From Paraphysomonas bandaiensis (taxonomy: Eukaryota > Protista > Chrysophyceae), in contig CBFFRP010000132.1 in assembly GCA_965644295.1 (NCBI GenBank), positions 1-64,000 on the forward strand: DNA of 64,000 nt, written 5' to 3'. Positions 1 to 11,000 of this stretch are shown here, in pieces; position 1 is the first letter of the stretch, and every line of letters starts with the position of its first letter. The translations under genes were made by a program, and so were the position numbers. The notes under the pieces were generated by a model that had not been told where the DNA came from, ran no database searches, and was given only the letters and a program-made list of their open reading frames with translations.

Positions 1-1379
1 TGTCGCTCCAGATACTTCCGTACTGTCGTCGTATCTACCACTTCACCAAAACACTTAACTTCCGCCTTTTCTTCCGTCTCACACCCGGATGTCACATTGA
101 CCTCCATGTTTCCATAAGACCGCAAAAATGAGCCTCTGTTGTACGCATATTTCCAGAATGGCATCCGAGAGGTAAGGTTTCCAGTTATTACCAGTGGTCG
201 TTGTGGTGTGAAAAAGTTTATCATAAATTCTTCCACAGATAATGTCTCTCGACTTATATCGAAAGTTTTCACCTGACCCCACACCTTTGTTTGATGTTGA
301 AATTCACCAACAGGAAAAGGGCAAAAGTCAACCCAGCCGTTCCACTGCGCCAGTTCAGAGTCAGATATGCATGACTTTGGGACTGTTTCAGTTGGAAGCT
401 GCGGAGTGAGGATAGATGTTCGTGTCGCATTCTCGATGAACAACTTTATGACGGAGGCAACTCTCATTTGCGCAGGGGGTAGAAAGGACAGGTCCAATGC
501 AGTGCGATTATCGAGGTCTTTAACTTCAAGTAACCTTAATTTTATTTCGTCGGGAATCGCACTCGACTTGGCAATCATCCTGACAGCTATCCCGCCTATT
601 CCTCGAACGGCAACGTAATGCATAAATGTACGCCCGTGAGAATCTACGCTAAAAGGGTCCGCACCATTGTGTACCAATAACGCTACAAACTCACTATTAC
701 CTAACCAGGCAGCAACATGTAGTGCAGTCAACCCTTGGAGATCTCGCTCGTTAATATTGTATCCTTTAGTCGTTGCCAGCAAGTATACACCATCAAAAAA
801 ATTTTGCACCACTGCTGTATGTAAAGGCGGAGGGCTTCCGGTTGACCTCACCCATTCAGAAATGACAGTGAAATTAAACTTCTTTGGGTAAGACACTAGT
901 AAAGTTTGTAGCATGCCAGCATGACCTTCGTTCGGAGCTGAAAAAGCTCCAAGGCCGTAGTACAGCGCCGGAAAAAACACCGGAGCTCCTCGAACTCTGT
1001 CAATATAATGGTAATTTAAATTTGCACCTGCAATTATTAACGCATGGGCGGCTCTTAGATGAGTGTACGTCCCTCCGTTGATCGCAATGTGAATTGCAGG
1101 CGCAACTGGAAAATCAATGTGAGCTCTGCCAAACTTCAAATACTTTTCCCCAATTTCCTTTGATAGGACTGCATTCGGATTACCACCGTTAGATAGGCCA
1201 TCGCGTAATAGCTCAACATCTCCAAAATATGCACCCTTTATGACTTTGAAATCACCCTTGCTTCGCTTCCTCCTTTCATCTGCTTTAGTTTTCCCCAATA
1301 CGAATACATTATCATGCCAGTTAAACAGAAACGTACACAAGTAGCAAAGAAACAGAATGAGGTGAACGCTTCTAACCAT
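1..1379 (-). CDS. Ankyrin-repeat + JmjC-like protein, 5' part (truncated by window edge)
   Basis: Same sequence as 4059-5437; ATG at 1379. Confidence 0.85.
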   Translation of the reverse strand, partial: MVRSVHLILFLCYLCTFLFNWHDNVFVLGKTKADERRKRSKGDFKVIKGAYFGDVELLRDGLSNGGNPNAVLSKEIGEKYLKFGRAHIDFPVAPAIHIAINGGTYTHLRAAHALIIAGANLNYHYIDRVRGAPVFFPALYYGLGAFSAPNEGHAGMLQTLLVSYPKKFNFTVISEWVRSTGSPPPLHTAVVQNFFDGVYLLATTKGYNINERDLQGLTALHVAAWLGNSEFVALLVHNGADPFSVDSHGRTFMHYVAVRGIGGIAVRMIAKSSAIPDEIKLRLLEVKDLDNRTALDLSFLPPAQMRVASVIKLFIENATRTSILTPQLPTETVPKSCISDSELAQWNGWVDFCPFPVGEFQHQTKVWGQVKTFDISRETLSVEEFMINFFTPQRPLVITGNLTSRMPFWKYAYNRGSFLRSYGNMEVNVTSGCETEEKAEVKCFGEVVDTTTVRKYLER

Positions 1380-1529
1380 ACTGCACTGCCATTACATACG
1401 TACGAATATTGGCCTCAGAAACGTATTCGACAACATCACCTTCATGACTTCAGCTGTGGGGACTGTCGGCTCTCCACATCTCACTTCTAGACTACGACAT
1501 GACATGCATGTGGACATTTTCCTCGTCTC

Positions 1530-2501
1530 TTAGATTACTACTTGGGCATTTCTATCCATCAAGACTTTGACAAGAATATCACGACTCTCAGTCAGGAGCA
1601 GTATGTCAGAAAACTACTGGACAAATTCAATATGTCCAACAACTGTAAACCCATGTCAACACCTATGTTACTGTCTTTCAACTATGATTTACATGAATAC
1701 AATCATCTTTCAGAGTCAAATCAAAGTTATGTTCAGAATTTCCCCTACAAGGAGCTCATAGGTTCCCTGATGTATCTAGCTGTATGCACTCGACCGGATA
1801 TCGCCTATGCAGTCAATACTCTTGCCAGATTTTCTGATATGCCTAATCTAACTACCTGTAATGCTGCGTTACATGTTCTTAGGTATCTCAAAGGCACTGC
1901 TAAGCAAGGATTGATATATTCTGGATCCCACATAACATTGTCAGGATACTGCGATAGCGATTGGGCACGATGTCACCTCACTCGACGGTCCACTACAGCT
2001 TTTACATTCTTCATAGGTAGTTGTCTTATATCATGGCAATCTCGATTACAGACAACTGTGGCATTGTCATCTACTGAAGCTGAGTATATGGCTTTATCGT
2101 CAGCAGCTCAGGAAGCATTATGGCTACGCTCTTTATTATCAGAAATTGGTTTCAAACTTCCATTCGCAACAACTATTTGGTGCGATAATAAAGGTGCAGT
2201 CCAATTATGTCACAATCCTACTCATCATCGACGTACAAAACATATCGCGATTCGATATCACTTCATCCGTGAGCATATTGCCGAGAACATTTTGACTGTT
2301 GATCATATATCCACAAAGTCAATGTTAGCCGACATCCTTACGAAACCACTAGGAGCAAATAACTTCCGCACATTGCGAACTACATTGATGGGGGGAGCAG
2401 GGTTCGACATCCCATCCAGCAACAACAGAAAGCGATCAACAACCTCAGAGACACCTAAATCACAATTACCAAGCCACAAGCGACCTAGGTGGCTAGTTTG
2501 A
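1530..2501 (+). mobile_element. Ty1/Copia pol 3' fragment (end of RT + RNase H), 5'-truncated at the duplication junction
   Basis: LDYYLGI, PYKELIGSLMYLAVCTRPDIAYAV, GYCDSDWA, EAEYMA, WCDNKGA, RTKHIAIRYHFIRE, LADILTKPL. Confidence 0.95.
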
Positions 2502-2694
2502 GTTACACGGAGTTTTTACCATTTTTTTAAAAACTTTTATTCAATACATGATGCTGGACTAGAAGGATGGTCTCACAATATGGCATCTCTGCAGTTCGCT
2601 TATTATTGACTAGTGACTGCTACTCTGGTTTTTACTCTCAGTGTGCATAAGTTCATATTCTCTCTATTATCTACGGTTCACTGATTATTTCATT

Positions 2695-2968
2695 GAAGGG
2701 GCGTATTAGGATTCAGCTTAATACATGATTGTATCTGTGAGTTATAATGTTCAATGAAATACACCATGAACTGAATTAGAGAGAGTATCTGTCGAAGATA
2801 CGTGTTCGTCATCATAACGTCGTCATTATCAGTTACACTTCTAACTATTCCGTTGTGCATGATAGTACGTTCTATTTGTTATTCATAATTTTCACTCTAT
2901 CGTGTTCATTACTTACACTCTAATAATCACAACATTGTTTTACTATTATAAAGATCAATTCTTTATTA
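2695..2968 (+). mobile_element. Polypurine tract and 3' LTR of the Copia fragment (right end approximate)
   Basis: GAAGGGGCG (2695-2703) followed by TATTAG, the same PPT-TATT arrangement as the intact Copia at 24159-24171. A different dispersed repeat starts at about 2970. Confidence 0.6.
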
Positions 2969-3424
2969 AAAGCAGCTTTCGTTGCGCCAAATAATAGGAT
3001 ATGAGATTTAAGCACTGGTTAGTTAAATTGCTAAGCTAAAAGTTCCGACTCTTACACGCCTATTGCTAATAATCAGACATTCACTACTAGGTCTACGTGT
3101 GTACAATAGGGTTAACTTCTGTGAAGTGTCCAATTCTAATATTTCCGATCCAGGAGGTAGTATTAAACACGGCTTTATAACAGAGACTTACAAATGAAAA
3201 GAAAATATGAAGCAAAAGTACATGAGGTGTAAAGATATTATATATTCATATCATTCGCTCCGACAAGGAGTATGCAATATATTCTCTATTAGTAATAAAT
3301 CCGTCATCATTACCACATACATATATTTGAGTACACTTTATATAGATATCAACAACATTAAAAGAATGGTGCACCAAACATAGAGATGCAACCGAGAACA
3401 TCCATAACTCATGTAGGCATGCAC

Positions 3425-5437
3425 TTACATTCCATACATTCTTATCCCCGTAGGAACTTGTTCAAATACTGAAATATTTCCAGGAAGAGTACAGAACTGA
3501 GTAGATAAATCGATAACTTCACCACTGGAAAGGGTAAAGTGAGACCACCCATGTGGAACAAACATAACATCTCCAACGCGTTGAACAACTTCCACGGCAA
3601 GTCTTCGTTTTCGAAGTCTGGGAAATACGGTAGTTGCCCATTCATAGGGTGATATATCTCCATGCAACTTTTTATCATATGTGGCATTCAGGGCAGCTCC
3701 GGGCGAGAGCATATACCACCTTCTCTCCCTTCCAGCGAGAAGGACATTCCACATGGCAGAGTTCGATTGCAGCGGCGTACCTACTACCTTTCCGGAAGAC
3801 AGTCGCAACTGTACCGTCCCAACCAACGGAGCCGCGAAGCATATATTGAATAAATCAACTGAAGAGGAGATGCTGAAGTCATGTAAAACATCTTCAGCAA
3901 CAACAGAAACTGCAATGCTTTCTTGATAAGACAATTGGTCGCAACATTCCACACCGTATTTTCCACTAGACGACCCACGGAGATCTAGATCGTTATTTCC
4001 AATACCGCTGGATGTATGTGCTGAAGGATTGCTGCTCAAGCATTCTTCTACCTCCGCCTGTCGCTCCAGATACTTCCGTACTGTCGTCGTATCTACCACT
4101 TCACCAAAACACTTAACTTCCGCCTTTTCTTCCGTCTCACACCCGGATGTCACATTGACCTCCATGTTTCCATAAGACCGCAAAAATGAGCCTCTGTTGT
4201 ACGCATATTTCCAGAATGGCATCCGAGAGGTAAGGTTTCCAGTTATTACCAGTGGTCGTTGTGGTGTGAAAAAGTTTATCATAAATTCTTCCACAGATAA
4301 TGTCTCTCGACTTATATCGAAAGTTTTCACCTGACCCCACACCTTTGTTTGATGTTGAAATTCACCAACAGGAAAAGGGCAAAAGTCAACCCAGCCGTTC
4401 CACTGCGCCAGTTCAGAGTCAGATATGCATGACTTTGGGACTGTTTCAGTTGGAAGCTGCGGAGTGAGGATAGATGTTCGTGTCGCATTCTCGATGAACA
4501 ACTTTATGACGGAGGCAACTCTCATTTGCGCAGGGGGTAGAAAGGACAGGTCCAATGCAGTGCGATTATCGAGGTCTTTAACTTCAAGTAACCTTAATTT
4601 TATTTCGTCGGGAATCGCACTCGACTTGGCAATCATCCTGACAGCTATCCCGCCTATTCCTCGAACGGCAACGTAATGCATAAATGTACGCCCGTGAGAA
4701 TCTACGCTAAAAGGGTCCGCACCATTGTGTACCAATAACGCTACAAACTCACTATTACCTAACCAGGCAGCAACATGTAGTGCAGTCAACCCTTGGAGAT
4801 CTCGCTCGTTAATATTGTATCCTTTAGTCGTTGCCAGCAAGTATACACCATCAAAAAAATTTTGCACCACTGCTGTATGTAAAGGCGGAGGGCTTCCGGT
4901 TGACCTCACCCATTCAGAAATGACAGTGAAATTAAACTTCTTTGGGTAAGACACTAGTAAAGTTTGTAGCATGCCAGCATGACCTTCGTTCGGAGCTGAA
5001 AAAGCTCCAAGGCCGTAGTACAGCGCCGGAAAAAACACCGGAGCTCCTCGAACTCTGTCAATATAATGGTAATTTAAATTTGCACCTGCAATTATTAACG
5101 CATGGGCGGCTCTTAGATGAGTGTACGTCCCTCCGTTGATCGCAATGTGAATTGCAGGCGCAACTGGAAAATCAATGTGAGCTCTGCCAAACTTCAAATA
5201 CTTTTCCCCAATTTCCTTTGATAGGACTGCATTCGGATTACCACCGTTAGATAGGCCATCGCGTAATAGCTCAACATCTCCAAAATATGCACCCTTTATG
5301 ACTTTGAAATCACCCTTGCTCCGCTTCCTCCTTTCATCTGCTTTAGTTTTCCCCAATACGAATACATTATCATGCCAGTTAAACAGAAACGTACACAAGT
5401 AGCAAAGAAACAGAATGAGGTGAACGCTTCTAACCAT
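3425..5437 (-). CDS. 670-aa protein: hydrophobic N-terminus, ankyrin repeats, C-terminal JmjC/cupin (JMJD8-like) domain
   Basis: GLTALHVAAWLGNSEFVALLVHNGADP, GRTFMHY and RTALDL (ankyrin); EEFMINFFTPQRPLVITG, WNVLLAGRERRWYM and QRVGDVMFVPHGWSH (JmjC); intronless. Confidence 0.85.
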   Translation of the reverse strand: MVRSVHLILFLCYLCTFLFNWHDNVFVLGKTKADERRKRSKGDFKVIKGAYFGDVELLRDGLSNGGNPNAVLSKEIGEKYLKFGRAHIDFPVAPAIHIAINGGTYTHLRAAHALIIAGANLNYHYIDRVRGAPVFFPALYYGLGAFSAPNEGHAGMLQTLLVSYPKKFNFTVISEWVRSTGSPPPLHTAVVQNFFDGVYLLATTKGYNINERDLQGLTALHVAAWLGNSEFVALLVHNGADPFSVDSHGRTFMHYVAVRGIGGIAVRMIAKSSAIPDEIKLRLLEVKDLDNRTALDLSFLPPAQMRVASVIKLFIENATRTSILTPQLPTETVPKSCISDSELAQWNGWVDFCPFPVGEFQHQTKVWGQVKTFDISRETLSVEEFMINFFTPQRPLVITGNLTSRMPFWKYAYNRGSFLRSYGNMEVNVTSGCETEEKAEVKCFGEVVDTTTVRKYLERQAEVEECLSSNPSAHTSSGIGNNDLDLRGSSSGKYGVECCDQLSYQESIAVSVVAEDVLHDFSISSSVDLFNICFAAPLVGTVQLRLSSGKVVGTPLQSNSAMWNVLLAGRERRWYMLSPGAALNATYDKKLHGDISPYEWATTVFPRLRKRRLAVEVVQRVGDVMFVPHGWSHFTLSSGEVIDLSTQFCTLPGNISVFEQVPTGIRMYGM

Positions 5438-5587
5438 ACTGCACTGCCATTACATACGTACGAATATTGGCCTCAGAAACGTATTCGACAACATCACCTT
5501 CATGACTTCAGCTGTGGGGACTGTCGGCTCTCCACATCTCACTTCTAGACTACGACATGACATGCATGTGGACATTTTCCTCGTCTC

Positions 5588-6559
5588 TTAGATTACTACT
5601 TGGGCATTTCTATCCATCAAGACTTTGACAAGAATATCACGACTCTCAGTCAGGAGCAGTATGTCAGAAAACTACTGGACAAATTCAATATGTCCAACAA
5701 CTGTAAACCCATGTCAACACCTATGTTACTGTCTTTCAACTATGATTTACATGAATACAATCATCTTTCAGAGTCAAATCAAAGTTATGTTCAGAATTTC
5801 CCCTACAAGGAGCTCATAGGTTCCCTGATGTATCTAGCTGTATGCACTCGACCGGATATCGCCTATGCAGTCAATACTCTTGCCAGATTTTCTGATATGC
5901 CTAATCTAACTACCTGTAATGCTGCGTTACATGTTCTTAGGTATCTCAAAGGCACTGCTAAGCAAGGATTGATATATTCTGGATCCCACATAACATTGTC
6001 AGGATACTGCGATAGCGATTGGGCACGATGTCACCTCACTCGACGGTCCACTACAGCTTTTACATTCTTCATAGGTAATTGTCTTATATCATGGCAATCT
6101 CGATTACAGACAACTGTGGCATTGTCATCTACTGAAGCTGAGTATATGGCTTTATCGTCAGCAGCTCAGGAAGCATTATGGCTACGCTCTTTATTATCAG
6201 AAATTGGTTTCAAACTTCCATTCGCAACAACTATTTGGTGCGATAATAAAGGTGCAGTCCAATTATGTCACAATCCTACTCATCATCGACGTACAAAACA
6301 TATCGCGATTCGATATCACTTCATCCGTGAGCATATTGCCGAGAACATTTTGACTGTTGATCATATATCCACAAAGTCAATGTTAGCCGACATCCTTACG
6401 AAACCACTAGGAGCAAATAACTTCCGCACATTGCGAACTACATTGATGGGGGGAGCAGGGTTCGACATCCCATCCAGCAACAACAGAAAGCGATCAACAA
6501 CCTCAGAGACACCTAAATCACAATTACCAAGCCACAAGCGACCTAGGTGGCTAGTTTGA
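5588..6559 (+). mobile_element. Ty1/Copia pol 3' fragment, second copy
   Basis: As 1530-2501, with one S/N difference. Confidence 0.95.
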
Positions 6560-6752
6560 GTTACACGGAGTTTTTACCATTTTTTTAAAAACTTTTATTC
6601 AATACATGATGCTGGACTAGAAGGATGGTCTCACAATATGGCATCTCTGCAGTTCGCTTATTATTGACTAGTGACTGCTACTCTGGTTTTTACTCTCAGT
6701 GTGCATAAGTTCATATTCTCTCTATTATCTACGGTTCACTGATTATTTCATT

Positions 6753-7026
6753 GAAGGGGCGTATTAGGATTCAGCTTAATACATGATTGTATCTGTGAGT
6801 TATAATGTTCAATGAAATACACCATGAACTGAATTAGAGAGAGTATCTGTCGAAGATACGTGTTCGTCATCATAACGTCGTCATTATCAGTTACACTTCT
6901 AACTATTCCGTTGTGCATGATAGTACGTTCTATTTGTTATTCATAATTTTCACTCTATCGTGTTCATTACTTACACTCTAATAATCACAACATTGTTTTA
7001 CTATTATAAAGATCAATTCTTTATTA
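6753..7026 (+). mobile_element. PPT + 3' LTR of Copia fragment, second copy (approximate)
   Basis: Copy of 2695-2968 at +4058. Confidence 0.6.
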
Positions 7027-7482
7027 AAAGCAGCTTTCGTTGCGCCAAATAATAGGATATGAGATTTAAGCACTGGTTAGTTAAATTGCTAAGCTAAAAG
7101 TTCCGACTCTTACACGCCTATTGCTAATAATCAGACATTCACTACTAGGTCTACGTGTGTACAATAGGGTTAACTTCTGTGAAGTGTCCAATTCTAATAT
7201 TTCCGATCCAGGAGGTAGTATTAAACACGGCTTTATAACAGAGACTTACAAATGAAAAGAAAATATGAAGCAAAAGTACATGAGGTGTAAAGATATTATA
7301 TATTCATATCATTCGCTCCGACAAGGAGTATGCAATATATTCTCTATTAGTAATAAATCCGTCATCATTACCACATACATATATTTGAGTACACTTTATA
7401 TAGATATCAACAACATTAAAAGAATGGTGCACCAAACATAGAGATGCAACCGAGAACATCCATAACTCATGTAGGCATGCAC

Positions 7483-9495
7483 TTACATTCCATACATTCT
7501 TATCCCCGTAGGAACTTGTTCAAATACTGAAATATTTCCAGGAAGAGTACAGAACTGAGTAGATAAATCGATAACTTCACCACTGGAAAGGGTAAAGTGA
7601 GACCACCCATGTGGAACAAACATAACATCTCCAACGCGTTGAACAACTTCCACGGCAAGTCTTCGTTTTCGAAGTCTGGGAAATACGGTAGTTGCCCATT
7701 CATAGGGTGATATATCTCCATGCAACTTTTTATCATATGTGGCATTCAGGGCAGCTCCGGGCGAGAGCATATACCACCTTCTCTCCCTTCCAGCGAGAAG
7801 GACATTCCACATGGCAGAGTTCGATTGCAGCGGCGTACCTACTACCTTTCCGGAAGACAGTCGCAACTGTACCGTCCCAACCAACGGAGCCGCGAAGCAT
7901 ATATTGAATAAATCAACTGAAGAGGAGATGCTGAAGTCATGTAAAACATCTTCAGCAACAACAGAAACTGCAATGCTTTCTTGATAAGACAATTGGTCGC
8001 AACATTCCACACCGTATTTTCCACTAGACGACCCACGGAGATCTAGATCGTTATTTCCAATACCGCTGGATGTATGTGCTGAAGGATTGCTGCTCAAGCA
8101 TTCTTCTACCTCCGCCTGTCGCTCCAGATACTTCCGTACTGTCGTCGTATCTACCACTTCACCAAAACACTTAACTTCCGCCTTTTCTTCCGTCTCACAC
8201 CCGGATGTCACATTGACCTCCATGTTTCCATAAGACCGCAAAAATGAGCCTCTGTTGTACGCATATTTCCAGAATGGCATCCGAGAGGTAAGGTTTCCAG
8301 TTATTACCAGTGGTCGTTGTGGTGTGAAAAAGTTTATCATAAATTCTTCCACAGATAATGTCTCTCGACTTATATCGAAAGTTTTCACCTGACCCCACAC
8401 CTTTGTTTGATGTTGAAATTCACCAACAGGAAAAGGGCAAAAGTCAACCCAGCCGTTCCACTGCGCCAGTTCAGAGTCAGATATGCATGACTTTGGGACT
8501 GTTTCAGTTGGAAGCTGCGGAGTGAGGATAGATGTTCGTGTCGCATTCTCGATGAACAACTTTATGACGGAGGCAACTCTCATTTGCGCAGGGGGTAGAA
8601 AGGACAGGTCCAATGCAGTGCGATTATCGAGGTCTTTAACTTCAAGTAACCTTAATTTTATTTCGTCGGGAATCGCACTCGACTTGGCAATCATCCTGAC
8701 AGCTATCCCGCCTATTCCTCGAACGGCAACGTAATGCATAAATGTACGCCCGTGAGAATCTACGCTAAAAGGGTCCGCACCATTGTGTACCAATAACGCT
8801 ACAAACTCACTATTACCTAACCAGGCAGCAACATGTAGTGCAGTCAACCCTTGGAGATCTCGCTCGTTAATATTGTATCCTTTAGTCGTTGCCAGCAAGT
8901 ATACACCATCAAAAAAATTTTGCACCACTGCTGTATGTAAAGGCGGAGGGCTTCCGGTTGACCTCACCCATTCAGAAATGACAGTGAAATTAAACTTCTT
9001 TGGGTAAGACACTAGTAAAGTTTGTAGCATGCCAGCATGACCTTCGTTCGGAGCTGAAAAAGCTCCAAGGCCGTAGTACAGCGCCGGAAAAAACACCGGA
9101 GCTCCTCGAACTCTGTCAATATAATGGTAATTTAAATTTGCACCTGCAATTATTAACGCATGGGCGGCTCTTAGATGAGTGTACGTCCCTCCGTTGATCG
9201 CAATGTGAATTGCAGGCGCAACTGGAAAATCAATGTGAGCTCTGCCAAACTTCAAATACTTTTCCCCAATTTCCTTTGATAGGACTGCATTCGGATTACC
9301 ACCGTTAGATAGGCCATCGCGTAATAGCTCAACATCTCCAAAATATGCACCCTTTATGACTTTGAAATCACCCTTGCTCCGCTTCCTCCTTTCATCTGCT
9401 TTAGTTTTCCCCAATACGAATACATTATCATGCCAGTTAAACAGAAACGTACACAAGTAGCAAAGAAACAGAATGAGGTGAACGCTTCTAACCAT
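7483..9495 (-). CDS. Ankyrin + JmjC-like protein; copy retaining the native upstream region
   Basis: Identical translation to 3425-5437; divergent from actin across 374 bp. Confidence 0.85.
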   Translation of the reverse strand: MVRSVHLILFLCYLCTFLFNWHDNVFVLGKTKADERRKRSKGDFKVIKGAYFGDVELLRDGLSNGGNPNAVLSKEIGEKYLKFGRAHIDFPVAPAIHIAINGGTYTHLRAAHALIIAGANLNYHYIDRVRGAPVFFPALYYGLGAFSAPNEGHAGMLQTLLVSYPKKFNFTVISEWVRSTGSPPPLHTAVVQNFFDGVYLLATTKGYNINERDLQGLTALHVAAWLGNSEFVALLVHNGADPFSVDSHGRTFMHYVAVRGIGGIAVRMIAKSSAIPDEIKLRLLEVKDLDNRTALDLSFLPPAQMRVASVIKLFIENATRTSILTPQLPTETVPKSCISDSELAQWNGWVDFCPFPVGEFQHQTKVWGQVKTFDISRETLSVEEFMINFFTPQRPLVITGNLTSRMPFWKYAYNRGSFLRSYGNMEVNVTSGCETEEKAEVKCFGEVVDTTTVRKYLERQAEVEECLSSNPSAHTSSGIGNNDLDLRGSSSGKYGVECCDQLSYQESIAVSVVAEDVLHDFSISSSVDLFNICFAAPLVGTVQLRLSSGKVVGTPLQSNSAMWNVLLAGRERRWYMLSPGAALNATYDKKLHGDISPYEWATTVFPRLRKRRLAVEVVQRVGDVMFVPHGWSHFTLSSGEVIDLSTQFCTLPGNISVFEQVPTGIRMYGM

Positions 9496-9869
9496 ACTGC
9501 ACTGCCATTACATACGTACGAATATTGGCCTCAGAAACGTATTCGACAACATCACCTTCATGACTTCAGCTGTGGGGACTGTCGGCTCTCCACATCTCAC
9601 TTCTAGACTACGACATGACATGCATGTGGACATTTTCCTCGTCTCAACCTTCATTTCAAAATACATAGAATACAGTGCACGAGTAGTTTAACCAGAACAG
9701 TGCTCGTTCCATCTCGAAAAAATAAACTGAAGATGGTACCTCCTAAAGATACCGTATCTTGAAAAGACAACCAACTGTGATCACAAATCCTGTTAGGACT
9801 GTGAACAATATTTTGATATTATCACTTTTGGCATCGATATAGAAGTATCTGAATCCCTACTTTAATACA

Positions 9870-11000
9870 ATGGCAGACGACGACGTACAGGCTTTGGTGG
9901 TTGATAATGGGTCCGGCATGTGTAAGGCTGGTTTCGCTGGAGACGATGCCCCTCGTGCTGTGTTTCCTTCTATTGTGGGACGCCCCAAGCACCCTGGTAT
10001 CATGGTTGGCATGGATCAGAAGGATGCCTACGTGGGAGACGAGGCTCAGTCCAAGAGAGGTGTTCTTACCCTTAAGTATCCTATTGAGCACGGAATCGTG
10101 ACTAATTGGGACGATATGGAGAAGATCTGGCACCACACCTTCTACAACGAGCTCAGAGTCGCTCCTGAGGAACACCCCGTTCTTCTCACCGAGGCTCCTC
10201 TTAACCCCAAGGCTAACAGAGAGCGCATGACTCAGATCATGTTCGAGACATTCAACGTACCCGCCATGTATGTTAACATCCAGGCTGTTCTCTCCCTGTA
10301 TGCCTCTGGCCGTACTACCGGGTGTGTCCTTGACTCTGGTGATGGTGTATCCCACACCGTCCCCATTTACGAGGGCTATGCCTTGCCCCACGCTATTGTC
10401 CGTCTCGATCTTGCTGGCCGTGACCTCACTGACTACTTGATGAAGATTCTCACAGAGCGTGGATACTCTTTCACCACCACTGCCGAGAGAGAGATTGTCC
10501 GCGACATCAAGGAAAAGCTCACCTACGTCGCCCTCGACTTCGACCAGGAGATGAAGACCGCTGCCGAGTCATCTGCTCTCGAGAAGTCTTACGAGCTCCC
10601 TGATGGCAATGTCATTGTCATTGGTAACGAGAGATTCAGATGCCCGGAGGTTCTCTTCCAGCCCTCGCTTATTGGCAAGGAGGCCAGTGGTGTTCACGAC
10701 TGCACCTTCCAGACTGTCATGAAGTGTGATGTCGATATCCGCAGGGATCTATACGCCAATGTCGTCATGTCTGGCGGTACTACTATGTTCCCTGGCATTG
10801 CCGAGCGTATGACAAAGGAGCTCACTGCCCTTGCTCCTTCTACCATGAAGATCAAGGTTGTCGCTCCCCCAGAGCGCAAGTACAGTGTCTGGATTGGTGG
10901 ATCCATTCTCGCCTCTCTTTCTACTTTCCAGCAGATGTGGATCTCCAAGGCTGAGTATGACGAGTCTGGACCTTCCATTGTCCACCGTAAGTGCTTCTAA
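9870..11000 (+). CDS. ACT: Actin (376 aa, intronless, stramenopile-type)
   Basis: [39 protein letters not shown]...IVHRKCF. Confidence 0.99.

Larger units (their letters stand above)
1..9645. repeat. Tandem segmental duplication, 4058-bp unit (Copia RT/RNaseH 3' fragment + LTR + ankyrin-JmjC gene); about 2.4 units visible, runs off the left edge
   Basis: ORFs recur at an exact 4058 offset (79/4137/8195; 1542/5600; 3425/7483). Junctions at 1529|1530 and 5587|5588; the array ends at 9645. Two SNPs seen between copies (1263 T vs 5321 C; 2020 G vs 6078 A). Confidence 0.97.

Noticed and set aside
1542-2501. Domesticated stand-alone RNase H gene
   Set aside because: The ORF has no ATG at its start and begins exactly at the duplication junction; it is a passive Copia fragment.
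9822-10391. 189-aa antisense ORF over actin (also 38824-39393), and the antisense ORF over citrate synthase 17962-18546
   Set aside because: Shadow ORFs caused by codon bias of highly expressed genes.
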